From the NCBI GenBank assembly GCA_040954595.2, contig CM082583.2, positions 5,578,849-5,642,848 on the forward strand: 64,000 nucleotides of DNA, in the 5' to 3' direction. How positions within the stretch are numbered: position 1 is the first letter of the stretch; each line of letters begins with the position of its first letter. Source of the DNA: Balanoglossus misakiensis (taxonomy: Eukaryota > Animalia > Hemichordata). The notes beneath the pieces were generated by a model, which was not told the origin of the DNA, made no database searches, and saw nothing but the letters and a program-made list of their open reading frames with translations. A program made the translations under genes and the position numbers. Shown here piece by piece: positions 17,955-30,633 of this stretch.

Positions 17955-20900
17955 ATGAAATTCCTCATCCAAACTTCACGGGTAAGTAATCTCAACCAGT
18001 ATTTACAGTACCACATGGCAGTTTGGCTGCCCCGCCCACTTGCCCTTTCCACTCATACTGCAGTCTCATGTCTGGCACTGTACTTGAATAATCTGATTTC
18101 CTAACAACCATCTCTTCACAGTGTTTGCTGCATAGGACCATTCAGCAACGAAACACTCACAGTCTATGGATTCTGTCTGCGAAAAGCTATACAACTCAAA
18201 GCAAGAAACATGGTGCGTTTTAGATATCTGTTATTTTGTAAAGAAAAAATTACAAGATCTTCACGCATACCCCTGTGTTTGTAGTCCTCAAATGAAGATG
18301 TATATCCATGGTAACAGCCATGACCAATCTCAAACCACTAATTATCTTTTTTCTTTCAAAGTTGCCTCAAGAGAAAAACACTACTTTTTTTTACATCATT
18401 TAAAAAAAATGCCAATCTTTATTCTTAGGCTTGGGTTTGCTTTAATCCTTTAAATTTGCCAAGGTGGAATTTTAAATGATAAGATCTCGACTGTTTATTT
18501 TGCATCATTGAAGTTGATTACTGAAAATATATACCCTTTGCTATTGTAAATTTAGGACAGCCGAAAGAAATCGAGAATGCAGTGGTCCAACACAAAACCA
18601 GAAACATTGGTATCATGGCACATATCGATGCCGGCAAGACAACCACCACTGAGAGAATGCTGTACTATTCTGGATTCACAAAACATCTTGGAGGTAAAAA
18701 TAACAAATGGCAGTTGCTTTTGTTAGCCAACTTCAGAACAGCTTGGAGTTTCTTGCATCAAATCTCGATTAACATTTATTCAGTACACAACATGCAGTAT
18801 CAGAGGGCTGTAAGGTACTGTACATTTCTAGGAAATATGTAAAACACTGAAGGTGATGCAGCGTTCACTAATGAACATCTCACATGATTGCCATGCAGAT
18901 GTGGATCATGGTGATACTGTGATGGATTACATGACTCAGGAACGAAACCGGGGAATCACCATCACGTCCGCTGCCATCACATTTCATTGGAGCCATCACA
19001 GAATCAATCTAATAGACACTCCAGGTAAGTCCGTCTGACTGAGGGCATTAGAGGCCTGTAACTTTGTTTGCAACTGATGTGTGTGATTACGATTATCTAG
19101 TAAATCTGACATAACCTCTCTGCTGTGAGATTGATTATGCTTCTGTGAGTGTAAAGAAGATTTGAAGAGAATAGATTCGATTCCCCAAGTTGTTTAGATG
19201 TCTCACATGCGAAACAACATTAAACAGCAAATTTGATTTCCCAGGCCATGTAGATTTCACAGTTGAAGTGGAACGCGCTCTGAGGGTGTTGGACGGTGCT
19301 GTTGCAGTGTTTGATGCTTCCAAGGGTGTACAGGTGGGTCAGTGTGCACATAATAACGTGTGGGTGGATTACTACTTGATTTCAAGATGGTCACTTTGAA
19401 TGTTTGAAACAATGAAGTTGAATCATGATTATAACATGTCACACCGTTTCTTCACCACTGGTACATCATCGTTTTGTTTTCTAACATTCTTGGCTGCTGT
19501 GAGTGCGGTCCCAGTTCTTACAGATATGAAAGTGTCTAATGTGACATGAGTGCTGTGAGCTGAATTGCATTAATCCCTTCTCTGTTTGTGTATTGATATC
19601 ATCAGGCCCAAAGTCTAACCGTGTGGAGGCAGGCAGACAGGTACCACATTCCCAGAATTGCCTTCCTGAACAAGATGGACAAATATGGTGCCAATTTTGA
19701 CTTCTCTGTGAAGTCCATCAAAGAGAAACTCAAGACTGTGACTCTGCTGCTTCAGGTAAACAGGACAGTGTTCTTTGGTTATAAGATGCCTGTGGGCACT
19801 TGACCACCCTGATTCATATTACGACACAAATATCTGACAGAGCAGCGTGTGGGTACCAGGAGAACTTTGTAACTTGGGCCAAAATTGCTTGCAAAATGAT
19901 CCCAGTAAAGACATTTTCTGGACAGCTTCAATTTTAAAAACAAAGGCAATTTATGATGGCCGCTAGAGGGCACACTTGCATACAGGGCAATATCTTTTCG
20001 AGGTATCTGTACACATTGACAACATTGCCAGAAACAGTAAAAAAGTTTAAGTGATCGATATGTACTATAAATGGTCATTGATAATTGAAACATGACATTT
20101 GATATACTTCGACTCTTGACGTCCAACAGATACCCATCGGCCAGCAGCAAGACTTTCTGGGAGTCATTGATTTGATTTCCATGGAGATGCTGTCCTGGAG
20201 ACCAACTGACAGCACTGAAGATGGTGCCAAGTTTACAAGGACTGCTCTTAAAGAAGGTGACGATGAAGAGCTGTTTGGGAGGGCGACACAGGCAAGGGAG
20301 GATTTGATAGAACAAGTAAGAATTGTAACGTTGTATTTATGTATTTATAAAGCTAAAATCCAGTGAAATAATGGTACCACATATAGTTTGTGCTAACATC
20401 TAACTTCATGACCTTTGACCTCTCAGTTAGGCGACGTTGATGACAGAATGGCCGAGCTGGTGCTCAGTGTTGATGGAGTCAACAGCAACATACCAGTCAA
20501 TGAAGTGAGTCACTCTCTGAATGTTTAAAAACATCTGAAGGAAATCTTTAGATCATTGTTCTTTGGCAAGAAAAGGTTTCTATATTTTGCAATTTTTTTT
20601 ATTGGTGTGTGGAGATTTTGACAAACAAACACTGAAACATAGCGTGGCGCATCCATCCTGCATTTTCAGATCCATGATGCCATAAGGAGGGCCACGCTAT
20701 CCCAGAAGGCAGTGCCAGTGCTGTGCGGCAGCGCTCTCAAGAACAAAGGAGTTCAACCGCTGATGGATGCTGTCAATCATTATCTACCGGCACCTGATGA
20801 GTGCACATATGAATTTGTGTAAGTCACCGCTTAGTAGTGGCACTTCTGTTACGTAAAGATTGCATGGTGTGATCTGCATAAGCTGTGTGAACCGAGTGTG

Positions 20901-23900
20901 ACCGAATATTCATTTTGCTGAGAGACGGTATCATAAGGAGCTCAAACCTACATGCCATGCGGTCTGATTGGTAGAAAGATGTGGTAATATTTTGATTTTA
21001 TTGCAGGAAATATTATGGGAAAGAATTATGTGGCCTGGCTTTCAAGATCATCCATGACCAACACAGGGGTCCGCTCACATTTATGAGAATCTACTCAGGC
21101 ATGCTGAAAGCTGGGAGCAAGATTTATAACGTCAACAGAAATGTCATGTGAGTTGTTTAAAGCCTCTGTGTTTGTGAATGGTCTAGTATAAAACAGTGAA
21201 TGATGAAGTGTTTTTGTTTGTGGATTAGAATAAAATAGTGAGTGACAAACACATCTGACTGTACAAATGCGTGTTCCAGGATATACACAAGACACGCCTG
21301 TATGCACAAGTTGAATTAAGGATGTACGTTCAGTAAAATTGAAAGTATTGTCATTTTTTTTAATTGTGGATTTTTGGATTCTCCTTTGTATGTATAATGA
21401 AAATCTGTAATAAAATATTGGGGTCACCGCGCTTGTTTTTGAAATACAGAGCCATGAATTTAGTCGATAATAGAAGAAAACTGCTGACTCAGCATTTTTC
21501 ACCAATGGTTTGTCTATGGGCAAAATTTTTGACGCAATTTATCTCAAAATAGAGCGCGGTGACCCCTATATTTTATTTGACCAATGAATTTATATTTGCT
21601 GGACTGAGCTATGTGTAAAATTTCGTGAAAATGACAATAGTAGAAGTTTGTTTTCTAGCAATTTTCAATGTAATCCTATGGGAAAAAGACCGGGCGCGCA
21701 CTGTTTCCGATTTTTGTTCTGCGCGTACATCCTTAAATGGTGGAGTTGCCAAGTTGGATGTTTTAAGCAGACAAAGTCATACTAGCAAATGGCCATGCAT
21801 TCTCATCAGAGTGATTTCATTATTCACAGGGAACCAGTCACCAGGTTGCTTATTGCATATGCAGACGACTTCAAAGAGGTTCAGTCGGTGTCAGCTGGCA
21901 ATATTGCTGTTGTCATGGGATTTAAAGCGGTAAGTTTATCACTTAAAAAAAAATAAAAGGAAGTGAGGCGATATCATTACCTTTACAGCATTAGCTTTTT
22001 GTCAGGAACAATCCTCCTTGGAAACTGAAATGGAAGGTGCAAATGAGATTATTCTCACAGTTGGGTTTGATTTACTATAATCACAGGCAATTACCGGCGA
22101 CACCGTTGTGGGGTCCAAATCCGCTCTGGAGGCGGCAAAGAGAGCCAGGCAGAGAGAGGCGAAAGACAAGCCGGGGGAACCTCAGATTCAGGGAGAGAGG
22201 GGCAGAACGAAACACAAACACAAGCGCAGGCACAGAGATATCGAAGACGATGACGTCCCGGTGTTGGCCGGTCTAGACGTCCCAGAGCCTGTCTTCTTTT
22301 GTACGATTGAAGCGCCCTCAATCTCACAGCAGAGAGGTACGTCAGGTGGCGCAGCAAAAGTGTACGTGGTGAATTCAGAGCTGCATGAACATTCACTCTG
22401 GTGTGAAAAAGAAAATGTTTTTAGATATCGACTGTCTCTTGTACATGAACATGTATTTTTTTGCATGGTCAGCTAGCATGTAGTGAGAATGAGGAAGGAT
22501 ACACCAATTATGGGGCATGCACATGGGTACATACAATGTATACGATTCCTACTCTTGCATGCAGGTGTCATATGTGTGATTGTATCTCTTTCTGTCGCTG
22601 ATTCTGACTAGGGGTTTAACTCCATTATTTCTACACTGTTGTGTTTCTGTTTGATCCATACACAGCTCTAGACAATGCCTTGGCATGCTTACAGAGAGAG
22701 GATCCCAGTTTACAAGTCAGGACAGATGAAGACACTGGACAGGTAAAACAGATTATGCAGGAGGGTGGATGTATATATATATATATACATGTATATATAT
22801 ACAGTCCAACCTGTCTATAGTTGCCAGTCAAGGGATTTTCCTAAACTGGCCCTTTATAGATAGGTGGCCTTTATGTAGAGGTTAATTAACACATGTGAAT
22901 TGCACAGAGACTGCAACAAAGTGACCACTACATAGAGGTGGCCACTAACAGAGGTTTGACTATATATATATTTTTGGTTTCACATTTTGACCAACTGAAT
23001 GTAATCCCCTGCATGGCGACTTCTTAAATGTTTTTTGGGGGACATCTTTGTTGCAAACAATTGCAGAAAAGTTCAGTGTGGCCATGATTTTCACTCGTCT
23101 TTACTCACATTTCTCGCAGACCATTCTTCTTGGCATGGGTGAGCTGCATCTGGACATCATCTGTGACAGAATAAAGAACGAGTACGCCATCGAATCCGAA
23201 CTGGGCCCTCTACAGGTGTCGTACAGAGAAACAATTGCAAGCTCCATACAGGAACAAGGTGAGTTGTGGAACTTCCTGTGCCAAGAGGGTGAATCTGTTG
23301 CTATAACAACAAAGTAATTTTTTTTCTTGTGTTTCTTGACCTGTGCCAAGATTAGGAGTTTTTGAGTAGTGTGAAATTGATAATAGATTGTGCTCATTAA
23401 ATAGTGAATTCAGAACTGACATTATTGCCATATACCGTATAACATTTTTTACAAAACTAGTGTTGGAAGTTGTATTCTAGGGCTTCATCAACTTACTGCA
23501 CCTCTCTTGCCTATTCCATCACATGATATGGCAGAGACCATTTCCTGACGGGTATGAGCATTGCTGATGACTATGGTCATGCATTGTTTATATGCACATC
23601 AGCCTAGCGTGAATGTGAGTAAAACTTTTAGATTTGTAATTTTTACAACTGCATTTTGTGCTTGACAGTGACCTTGGACAAAACCATCAGTGGTAAGCAT
23701 CACAATGTCACAGTGACATTGAAGGTGGAGTCATTGCCCGGAGGAGGGCCACCAGAAGAGGTCATGGTTACCTTGGACAAACCTGAACAGGGGAGCGAAA
23801 TGATGGAAGCAGTCCAGACTGGGGTGTTGTCTGCGTGTACTCAGGGTAAGTCAAGAGCATTGTGGGAGGAAAGGTGTGATTCGGATTGGGGTGCTGTGCA

Positions 23901-24853
23901 AGGGAATGAGGAAAGCTGTCTGTCTTTATGTTTCCTGAACTTGCAGGGCCGATGGCAGGCTTTCCGGTCACTGATGTGGAGATCCAGTTGCAGGACCTCA
24001 GAGTAGCACCGGGTACTTCGGTTGCCATGGTGAGCGCTTGTGCATCGCAGTGTCTTCAAAAAGCTCTACAGAATGCTGGCACCCAGTTACTGGAACCCAT
24101 GATGCACCTCGAGGTGAGTTATTTTTTGATACTTTAGTTTCTGTCATAGATCATTCATAATCTGTGGCCCACTTAAATATTTTTAATCACTGTTTGTTGC
24201 AATTCAACCCATGCTCTGCATATACCGGTACAGCCTGTTAATATACTACAGCACAATTCTTCTTTCCCCCCCCCCCTTTGTTTCAGATCACTACTGACGA
24301 GACCAGACTTCATTCAGTGCTCGGTGACTTGTCAAAGAGGAGAGGCCATGTGCAAGATGTGCAGAACAGACAGGAGAGTAGAGTGGTCATTGCCAACGCA
24401 CCGCTGGAGGCCATGATGGTAAGATCTCATTGTGACTATTTTAATCCGGTCTCATTCTGCCAACTGCGGCCAACAGGTGTGTAACCTGGACGGCTGACTC
24501 CACCTACATCATGCTTGTTTCAACACTGGTAACAGCGTCCAGTTTGGGGGGAACGTTTCACAACATGAATACCACTGATCACTGCTTGGGTGCTTCGATA
24601 CGAGAAGTGTTTTCATGTCACAATTATCTCTCTCATTCTCTCTCTCTTTCTCTCTTTCTCTCTCACTCTCTCTTTCTCTCTCTCACTCTCTCTCTTCTCT
24701 CTTCTCTCTCTCTCTCTCTCTCCACAGGGCTATGCCACCACACTGAGGACACTGACATCGGGCACGGCCACTTGTTCTCTCCACTTGTCGCACTATGAGC
24801 TGATGACAACCCAGCAGCAGCAGAAGGTCATCGACAAACTTACGGGTCTCTGA
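17955..24853 (+). CDS. GFM2: Mitochondrial ribosome-releasing factor 2 (EF-G2mt)
   Basis: 18 exons: 17955-17981, 18122-18212, 18556-18693, 18899-19024, 19245-19333, 19606-19755, 20130-20315, 20427-20504, 20670-20818, 21007-21147, 21830-21929, 22087-22336, 22666-22742, 23120-23258, 23669-23845, 23947-24113, 24287-24418, 24728-24853. Basic/hydroxylated presequence ([19 protein letters not shown]). GTPase motifs [53 protein letters not shown]2-type [11 protein letters not shown]...[16 protein letters not shown] and [10 protein letters not shown]. Confidence 0.95.
21320..21732. mobile_element. TTAA-flanked non-autonomous DNA transposon (Kolobok-like) in GFM2 intron 10
   Basis: TTAA|GGATGTACG ... 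CGTACATCC|TTAA, i.e. a TTAA target duplication with RR..YY termini. Internal inverted repeat ggggtcaccgcgct (21420) / agcgcggtgacccc (~21553-21566). Confidence 0.8.
22802..22962. mobile_element. Tc1/mariner-type MITE in GFM2 intron 13
   Basis: TA-cagtccaacctg ... gaggtttgacta-TA imperfect TIRs within (TA)n, with repeated internal gaggtggcc/taggtggcc motifs. Confidence 0.65.
24627..24722. repeat. (CT)n microsatellite forming the polypyrimidine tract of the last GFM2 intron
   Basis: Imperfect CT repeat directly before the cacag acceptor ending at 24727. Confidence 0.95.
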
Positions 24854-25446
24854 GGAATCGGCGATTTTACGCCGAAGTTCCGAACAAGGACAAAGTTGAT
24901 GGACTGCCAGCTGTCCATTCTGTGTGCTAGGAAAATTTTCCCTTTCTCCCCAGGGTTGATGAGGGGAGCGACTGCAGGGAGCATACATGAGTGATCGGGT
25001 AAAATTTGACCCGTGGATGAACAGCCCATCCAAAGGAAGTAGAAAACTGAAATAATGTCAAACGAGAAGTGTGTTTCTGGGTGGTGGTAATCTGAGTGTA
25101 GGGTGTGTTGGGAGACATCAAAGTCATTTAGGAAGTAGAACAGAACAATAGGGTAGGTTTCAGTGATTACTCAGCATTTCAAATGGTGAGATCCAAGCAG
25201 TAAATCTTTGGGACGAAATAGTGTGGGGCCGGCTGGACATGACACCTGACAGAGATCAGGTTCATGGAGAGTTTAGGAGAGTTGCCAGTCGTGTGTGAAA
25301 CCCAGAGAAATGTCATGAAATGACATGCTGGATTATTTTTTATAGTTCCAACTGAGAGTGTTACATTATAATGAGTACCTGCTTATTTAGTTCGGGTATT
25401 GAGTGAGCATGTGGGTATGTAGTGACTGATTGATTGATTGATTTAG

Positions 25447-25655
25447 AACACGATTGGAACTATTTTGGGATAACTGCATGGTAATTAACTCTGTAAAACT
25501 CTCAGCACACTGCATGTAGCCTACATACACGACATATTTTTTCGTTTTGTCTTGTTTCGGTCAAACAATGACAAAAATAGCACATTCTCCTCAAGTACAA
25601 CGATATTTATAGTTTTAGCGGTATGCAATTATCCCAAAATAGTTCCAATCGTGTT
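25447..25655. repeat. Foldback/inverted repeat with 33-bp arms, possible MITE
   Basis: aacacgattggaactattttgggataactgcat (25447-25479) is the reverse complement of atgcaattatcccaaaatagttccaatcgtgtt (25623-25655), with one mismatch. Confidence 0.8.
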
Positions 25656-26136
25656 TTGGTTGAAATTGTGTGTTCATCAATCATATAAAGTACAATGTAC
25701 TCTCTCTTTCAAAAGGAAGTCACTAGCTAAGCTTGTAATCGTTACTACAGGCTATGTTGGCACCTTTCGGAAATTGAAGCAAATAGGTGGGTTATGGACA
25801 AGATCGCTCACCGAAATGTCCATGACAAGAATATTGTAGCGGGTGCGGCTTGGTTAACAGTGGTGTTCGCAGCACTACTTTTTTTTGTGTGGAAGGTTAT
25901 TTTTTTTACCTAACTGACTCTGAGCTCACAGAACTCGGTCCCACTGTCCCTTAAATAGCATAATGTGTTTCAAACGATATTTTAAAAACACATTTGACAC
26001 AAATTCATTTATTGGGGTGATTTCCACATTTGTGTTCTGTTCCGTACAGAACATGAGCCATAAAAGCGGGACAGATATAGCTCGGATTTTTCTGAACTAC
26101 GTGTGACCCCTCATGGTGACCCTGACGCTGGTCGTG

Positions 26137-26314
26137 CCAATCGGGAGGTGCGTGTGTGACGTCAGGAGTAGTGTCGTAAAGAAGGGATTGGTTGCTCGCA
26201 TTCATATACCTGCAATACTCGACAGGATAATCAGCATAACGACCCCAGGCAGTTGGACGTGTCCGTGTGCAGAGGCTGTGACTATAAGAAAGTCGACTTA
26301 CACACATTCAAGTG
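26137..26314 (+). promoter_or_regulatory. Core promoter cassette of peptide gene A (CCAAT, CRE, TATA-like box, TCAAGTG)
   Basis: CCAAT at 26137, TGACGTCA 26157-26164, TATAAGA 26283-26289, TCAAGTG 26308-26314. CRE, TATA-like box and TCAAGTG recur before gene B (27838, 27961, 27986). Confidence 0.55.
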
Positions 26315-26428
26315 ACTAAACCTGAAATATCTACCGCGTTGCAAGAGACAAGCAAATTTGGTGTTAACCCTCCTTTTTCTTTCATCGCTGCGCAACTCTC
26401 CGAACGAGGACCGACGCAAACGAACATA

Positions 26429-26659
26429 ATGAAGAGTTCGTTCATTTTCGTAATTTTCATGTGCTGTTTGCTTGGAACGTATTCCGTGCCAGCCGCAGAC
26501 GTGCCTCGGCCAATCCACGAAATCAACAAGCGTGGACCAGATATGAAGATTGAAGCCGAGCAGATCAACGAAATGACCGACAAAAAGGAGCGGGGTGAGC
26601 ACCTTGGATGGTGTCCCCCGTTCTGTTGTCCACCGGTCTGTTGTCCACCGCTCTGCTAA
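26429..26659 (+). CDS. Secreted Cys/Pro-rich peptide precursor A (76 aa; core GEHLGWCPPFCCPPVCCPPLC, 3x CPPxC)
   Basis: Single exon with ataATG start context. MKSSFIFVIFMCCLLGTYS (signal) - VPAADVPRPIHEINKR - GPDMKIEAEQINEMTDKKER - Cys-rich core - TAA. AATAAA at 27065. Paralogous to B-E. Confidence 0.85.
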   Translation: MKSSFIFVIFMCCLLGTYSVPAADVPRPIHEINKRGPDMKIEAEQINEMTDKKERGEHLGWCPPFCCPPVCCPPLC

Positions 26660-28106
26660 CCTCCCGTATATGTAATGTTTCAATACTCCGTCAATGGAGG
26701 AACCGACATAGTGACACAGGCATCAACAAAAACAATGTTGAAAAACCGTCTTTCTCAATCGTACGCACTCTTTGTTTAGCAGTGTCTCACGACTTTTGCC
26801 GTAACTGTACAGCGGAATCTATTTGATATTGAAAAAATCGGGATTTTATTTACAACTTAACAGAACTTGATCGATCACTGCACGCAATTACTGTGCCGAG
26901 AATTATAATCCAAGAACTTCAAACATCAGAATTCCTTCATCAATTACAACATGGCAGTGAAGTTCAGCACTGACAATGCGCACCCGTGTCTGTTAATAGG
27001 CCTACTGCATACATGTACCTGTATCCGGGCAGTTAACAGTTGACCAGTACCTTTACGCTTCAGGAATAAAAACACGCCGCACAAACTATTGAAGATTTCA
27101 CATCGTCGACATATGAAGAAGGAACGAACAGGACGATCCTTTCAAATTTGACACTGTCACATTTACTGCTTAGCTGTATGTCTCATTATTACACCGGTAT
27201 ATACGCTAGATTATCGTTGTGATAATGGTCAGGCTTTTACACGAATCATTGTCTTGTAATGTTGATCGACAGAATACAACAATAAGCGGCAATAAACCAA
27301 AAAACTACTCTTTGCTGACATCAAACTGTTTAAAGGGAGAAAGTCTCTCTCTCTCTCGCTTCCCTTTCCCATTAATTATGTTTGATACAAGACACCATTT
27401 ATGTTATTCTACATGTGGCTATATAGGGAATCTACGTTCAACCACACACAACTTCCACCCCCTTGTAGACACGAAAGTGAAAAACTCGCCTAAATGAATA
27501 ATAGGTCTCTATCGTTTATTCATTTTGGCAAGATTTTTTCCTCTCAGAGTCATATCCTACAAACAGGGTGGAAGTTGTTTGTGATCGAACGTTGAAGCAT
27601 ATAGGTGGGTTTTGGACAAGATCGCCCACAGAAATGTGCATGACAAGAATTTTACATTCGACGAACACCTAACGCTTTCGCGGCAATGATTGTAGTGGGT
27701 GCGGCTAGGTTGACAGTGGTGTTCGCAGCACTACATGTTTTGTGTGGAAGGTCATATTTTACCTTACTGACTGAGCTCACAGAACGCCTTTATTCTAGAC
27801 TGTTCTAACCAGGTCATGCTAAATCGGGGTGCGTGTGTGACGTCAGGAGTGTCGTCAAGAGGGGATTGGTTGCTCGCATTCATAGACCTGCAATACTCGC
27901 CAGGATAATCAGCATAACGACCCGAGGCAGTTGGACGTGTCCGTGTGCAGAGGCTGTGACTATAAGAAAGTCGGCTTAGACACATTCAAGTGACTAAACC
28001 TAAAATATCTACTACGTTGCAAGAGACAAGCAAATTTGGTGTTAACCCCGCTTTTTCTTTCAACGCTGCGCAACTATTCGAAGAAGGACCGACGCAAAGG
28101 AACATA

Positions 28107-28331
28107 ATGAAGAGTTCGTTCATTTTCGTAATTTTCATGTGCTGTTTGCTGGGAACGTATTCCCTGCCAGCCGCAGACGTGCCTCGGCCAATCCACGAAA
28201 TCAACAAGCGTGCACCAGATATGAAGATTGAAGCCGAGCAGATCAACGAAATGACTGACAAGAAGGAGCGGGGTGAGCACCTTGCGGGTTGGGGTTGTCC
28301 CCCGATTTGCATATGTCCACCGCATTGCTAA
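28107..28331 (+). CDS. Secreted Cys/Pro-rich peptide precursor B (74 aa; core GEHLAGWGCPPICICPPHC, 2x CPPxC)
   Basis: Single exon. The first 59 codons differ from A at 5 nt (2 aa), but the core differs. AATAAA at 28733. Confidence 0.85.
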   Translation: MKSSFIFVIFMCCLLGTYSLPAADVPRPIHEINKRAPDMKIEAEQINEMTDKKERGEHLAGWGCPPICICPPHC

Positions 28332-29925
28332 CCTCCCGTGTATGTAATGTTTCAATACTCCGTCAATGGAGGAACCGACATAGTGACGCAGGCATCAAGA
28401 AAACAATATTGAAAAACTGTCTTTCTCAATCGTACGCGCTCTAATTTGTTTAGCAATGTCTCACTACTTTTGCCGTAACTATACAGCGGACTCTATTTGA
28501 TAGTGGAGAAATCACTGGGTTTTTATTTACAACTTAACAGAACTTGATGGATCACTGCACGCAATTACCGTGCCGATAATTATAATCCAAGAACTTCAAA
28601 CATCAATTACAACATGGCAGTGAAGTTCAGCACTGACAATGCGCACCCGTGTCTGTTAATAGGCCTACTGCATAGTACATGTACCTGTATCCGGGCAGTT
28701 AACAGTTGACTGCAGTACCTTTACGCTTCAGGAATAAAAACACGCCGCACAAACTATTGAAGATTTCACATCGTCGACATATGAAGAAGGAACGAACAGG
28801 ACGATCCTTTCAAATTTGACACTGTCACATTTACTGCTTAGCTATATGTACACTAGATGTATCGTTGTGATAATGGTCAGGCTCGCAATTTACACGAATC
28901 ATTGTCTTGTAATGTTGATCGACAGAATACAACAATAAGCTGCAATACATACTCTCTGCTGACATCCAACCGTTTAATCAAGGCAAATGTATTTTACAAA
29001 TTGTAAAATTTTGGGACGGGGTAATTGGAAGCTGCTGCATATCATGCATGAGTATATAAATAAAAATTTGGTCGGTATTCATACAGAGTTAAACTTGTTT
29101 CTTTAATCGAATTAAAGAGCTTCATATAGCCTACCCGTGGACATGTTAACATTTGTATTTTTTGATCTCTTAGTCAGTCATATTCATCACCATTGAGTGT
29201 TCCCGACAATCAAAGTTCACGTGCACCTTTGGACAATCTAATTTCTCCGGGAGCGCGGAGGTGATTTGTAAAAATTGCCGTTTAAATGGTAGTGCCATTG
29301 AAACATTAACTGGCCGTTCAGTCTCTAAAACGTTGACCCTCTCCAAAGGTCTCTAGTAAATTCTGATAGAAGTATGCCATCTGGCCATATCAAAATGAAC
29401 CTAACGTTTTACAAATACATTTGGGGAGCCTAGGGTCAAACTTTATCAATGTGCCGTAGAAGGAGGACATCATTTAGGTGATTGATTGTCCAAGATTCCT
29501 CGGACCCGACATTTGTTTGTGGTAACGTGAAAGAAGAGTGCTTATAGGTCAAAATACGGGAGTTGCACGTGAGCCGTCACGGCGGCGCCAAGATGCCAGG
29601 TTTGATTGTTCTCTCAGACAGCGGTATTCAATATATCTTGGCCCATTCAAACGTAACGTTACCATGGAGCCCGGATCAGGCGATGGTTGATGTCAGAGGT
29701 ATTTTTTTACTACCCCGGCAGGAGATCGCGCATCGATATACCAGTATTCGTCAGGTGAAGCAGTACATGCACAACGACCCCTGGAAATTTTGTGAAGGAC
29801 GAGTTAGAAGTTCAAGTGGCTGATACACTTCGCAACCATCTACTTTGTTACACCACTCAAGCCAAATTGAAGTAACTGTTCCTCAACACTTCTTAATCAT
29901 CAGAACGAAGACCAACGCGAAGATC

Positions 29926-30126
29926 ATGAAGTGTTCAATTGTTGTCTTAATTTTGTTGTGCCGTTTGCTTCCGGCGAATTCGGTGCCAGCCTTTTTAGAG
30001 GTGCCACGACGGGTCCACGAAGTGAATAAAGTTCGGCCAGATGTGAAGATTTCAGCCGAAGGGATCATCGGAATGAGTGAGAAAAACAAGCGGAGTGCTC
30101 GCCTATTCTGTCCCCCTCTCTGTTGA
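29926..30126 (+). CDS. Secreted peptide precursor C (66 aa; core SARLFCPPLC, 1x CPPxC)
   Basis: MKCSIVVLILLCRLLPANS-VPAFLEVPRRVHEVNKVRPDVKISAEGIIGMSEKNKR-SARLFCPPLC*. The prepro region aligns with A/B (VP..VPR..HE.NK..PD.KI.AE.I..M..K). Confidence 0.8.
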   Translation: MKCSIVVLILLCRLLPANSVPAFLEVPRRVHEVNKVRPDVKISAEGIIGMSEKNKRSARLFCPPLC

Positions 30127-30633
30127 CGTCCATAATATTAATACCGCCTTGCCATTTTGTAAGAGTTCTAAGTAAAACCGCTAAGGAAAAAAAACTTCTA
30201 CTTCCAGAATATATGCCCTCTTTAAAATATATGTTGCATGGCGAATAGGTTAGAATCTCTTCACAAAACCCGTCAGGGTGGTGCAAAAAGGATAGATGTC
30301 CCTGACGCCCATATATACGCCAGGCTGTCCTAACCAGGTCATGTGATTCGGGAGTTGCGTGTGTGACATCATCGAGAGAGTGGTATATTTTTGAGATCAG
30401 TTGCTCGCATTCATATGCCAATATTCGCCAGGTGAAGCAGCACATGCACAACGATCCCAAGAAGACTGCGGGTCACTTTGCGTTGCAAATATTGTGACCG
30501 GGAAGGACGAGTTAGAAGTTCAAGTGGCTGATACACATCGCAACCATCTACTGTGTTACTTCAGACAAGCAATATCGCAGTAACTGTTCCTCAACATTTC
30601 TTAATCGTTAGAACGGAGACCAACGCGAAGATC

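Larger units (their letters stand above)
25780..28975 (+). repeat. Recent tandem duplication of a ~1.5-1.7-kb unit carrying peptide genes A and B
   Basis: Unit 1 (~25780-27330) and unit 2 (~27595-28975) are colinear and near-identical through promoter, CDS and 3' flank. ATG offset is 1678 bp. Confidence 0.92.

Noticed and set aside
26312-26428. N-terminal extensions of the peptide ORFs in the ORF track (starts at 26312, 27990, 29845, 30553)
   Set aside because: They begin at non-ATG codons in probable 5' UTR. The conserved ATG directly before the signal peptide is the credible start.
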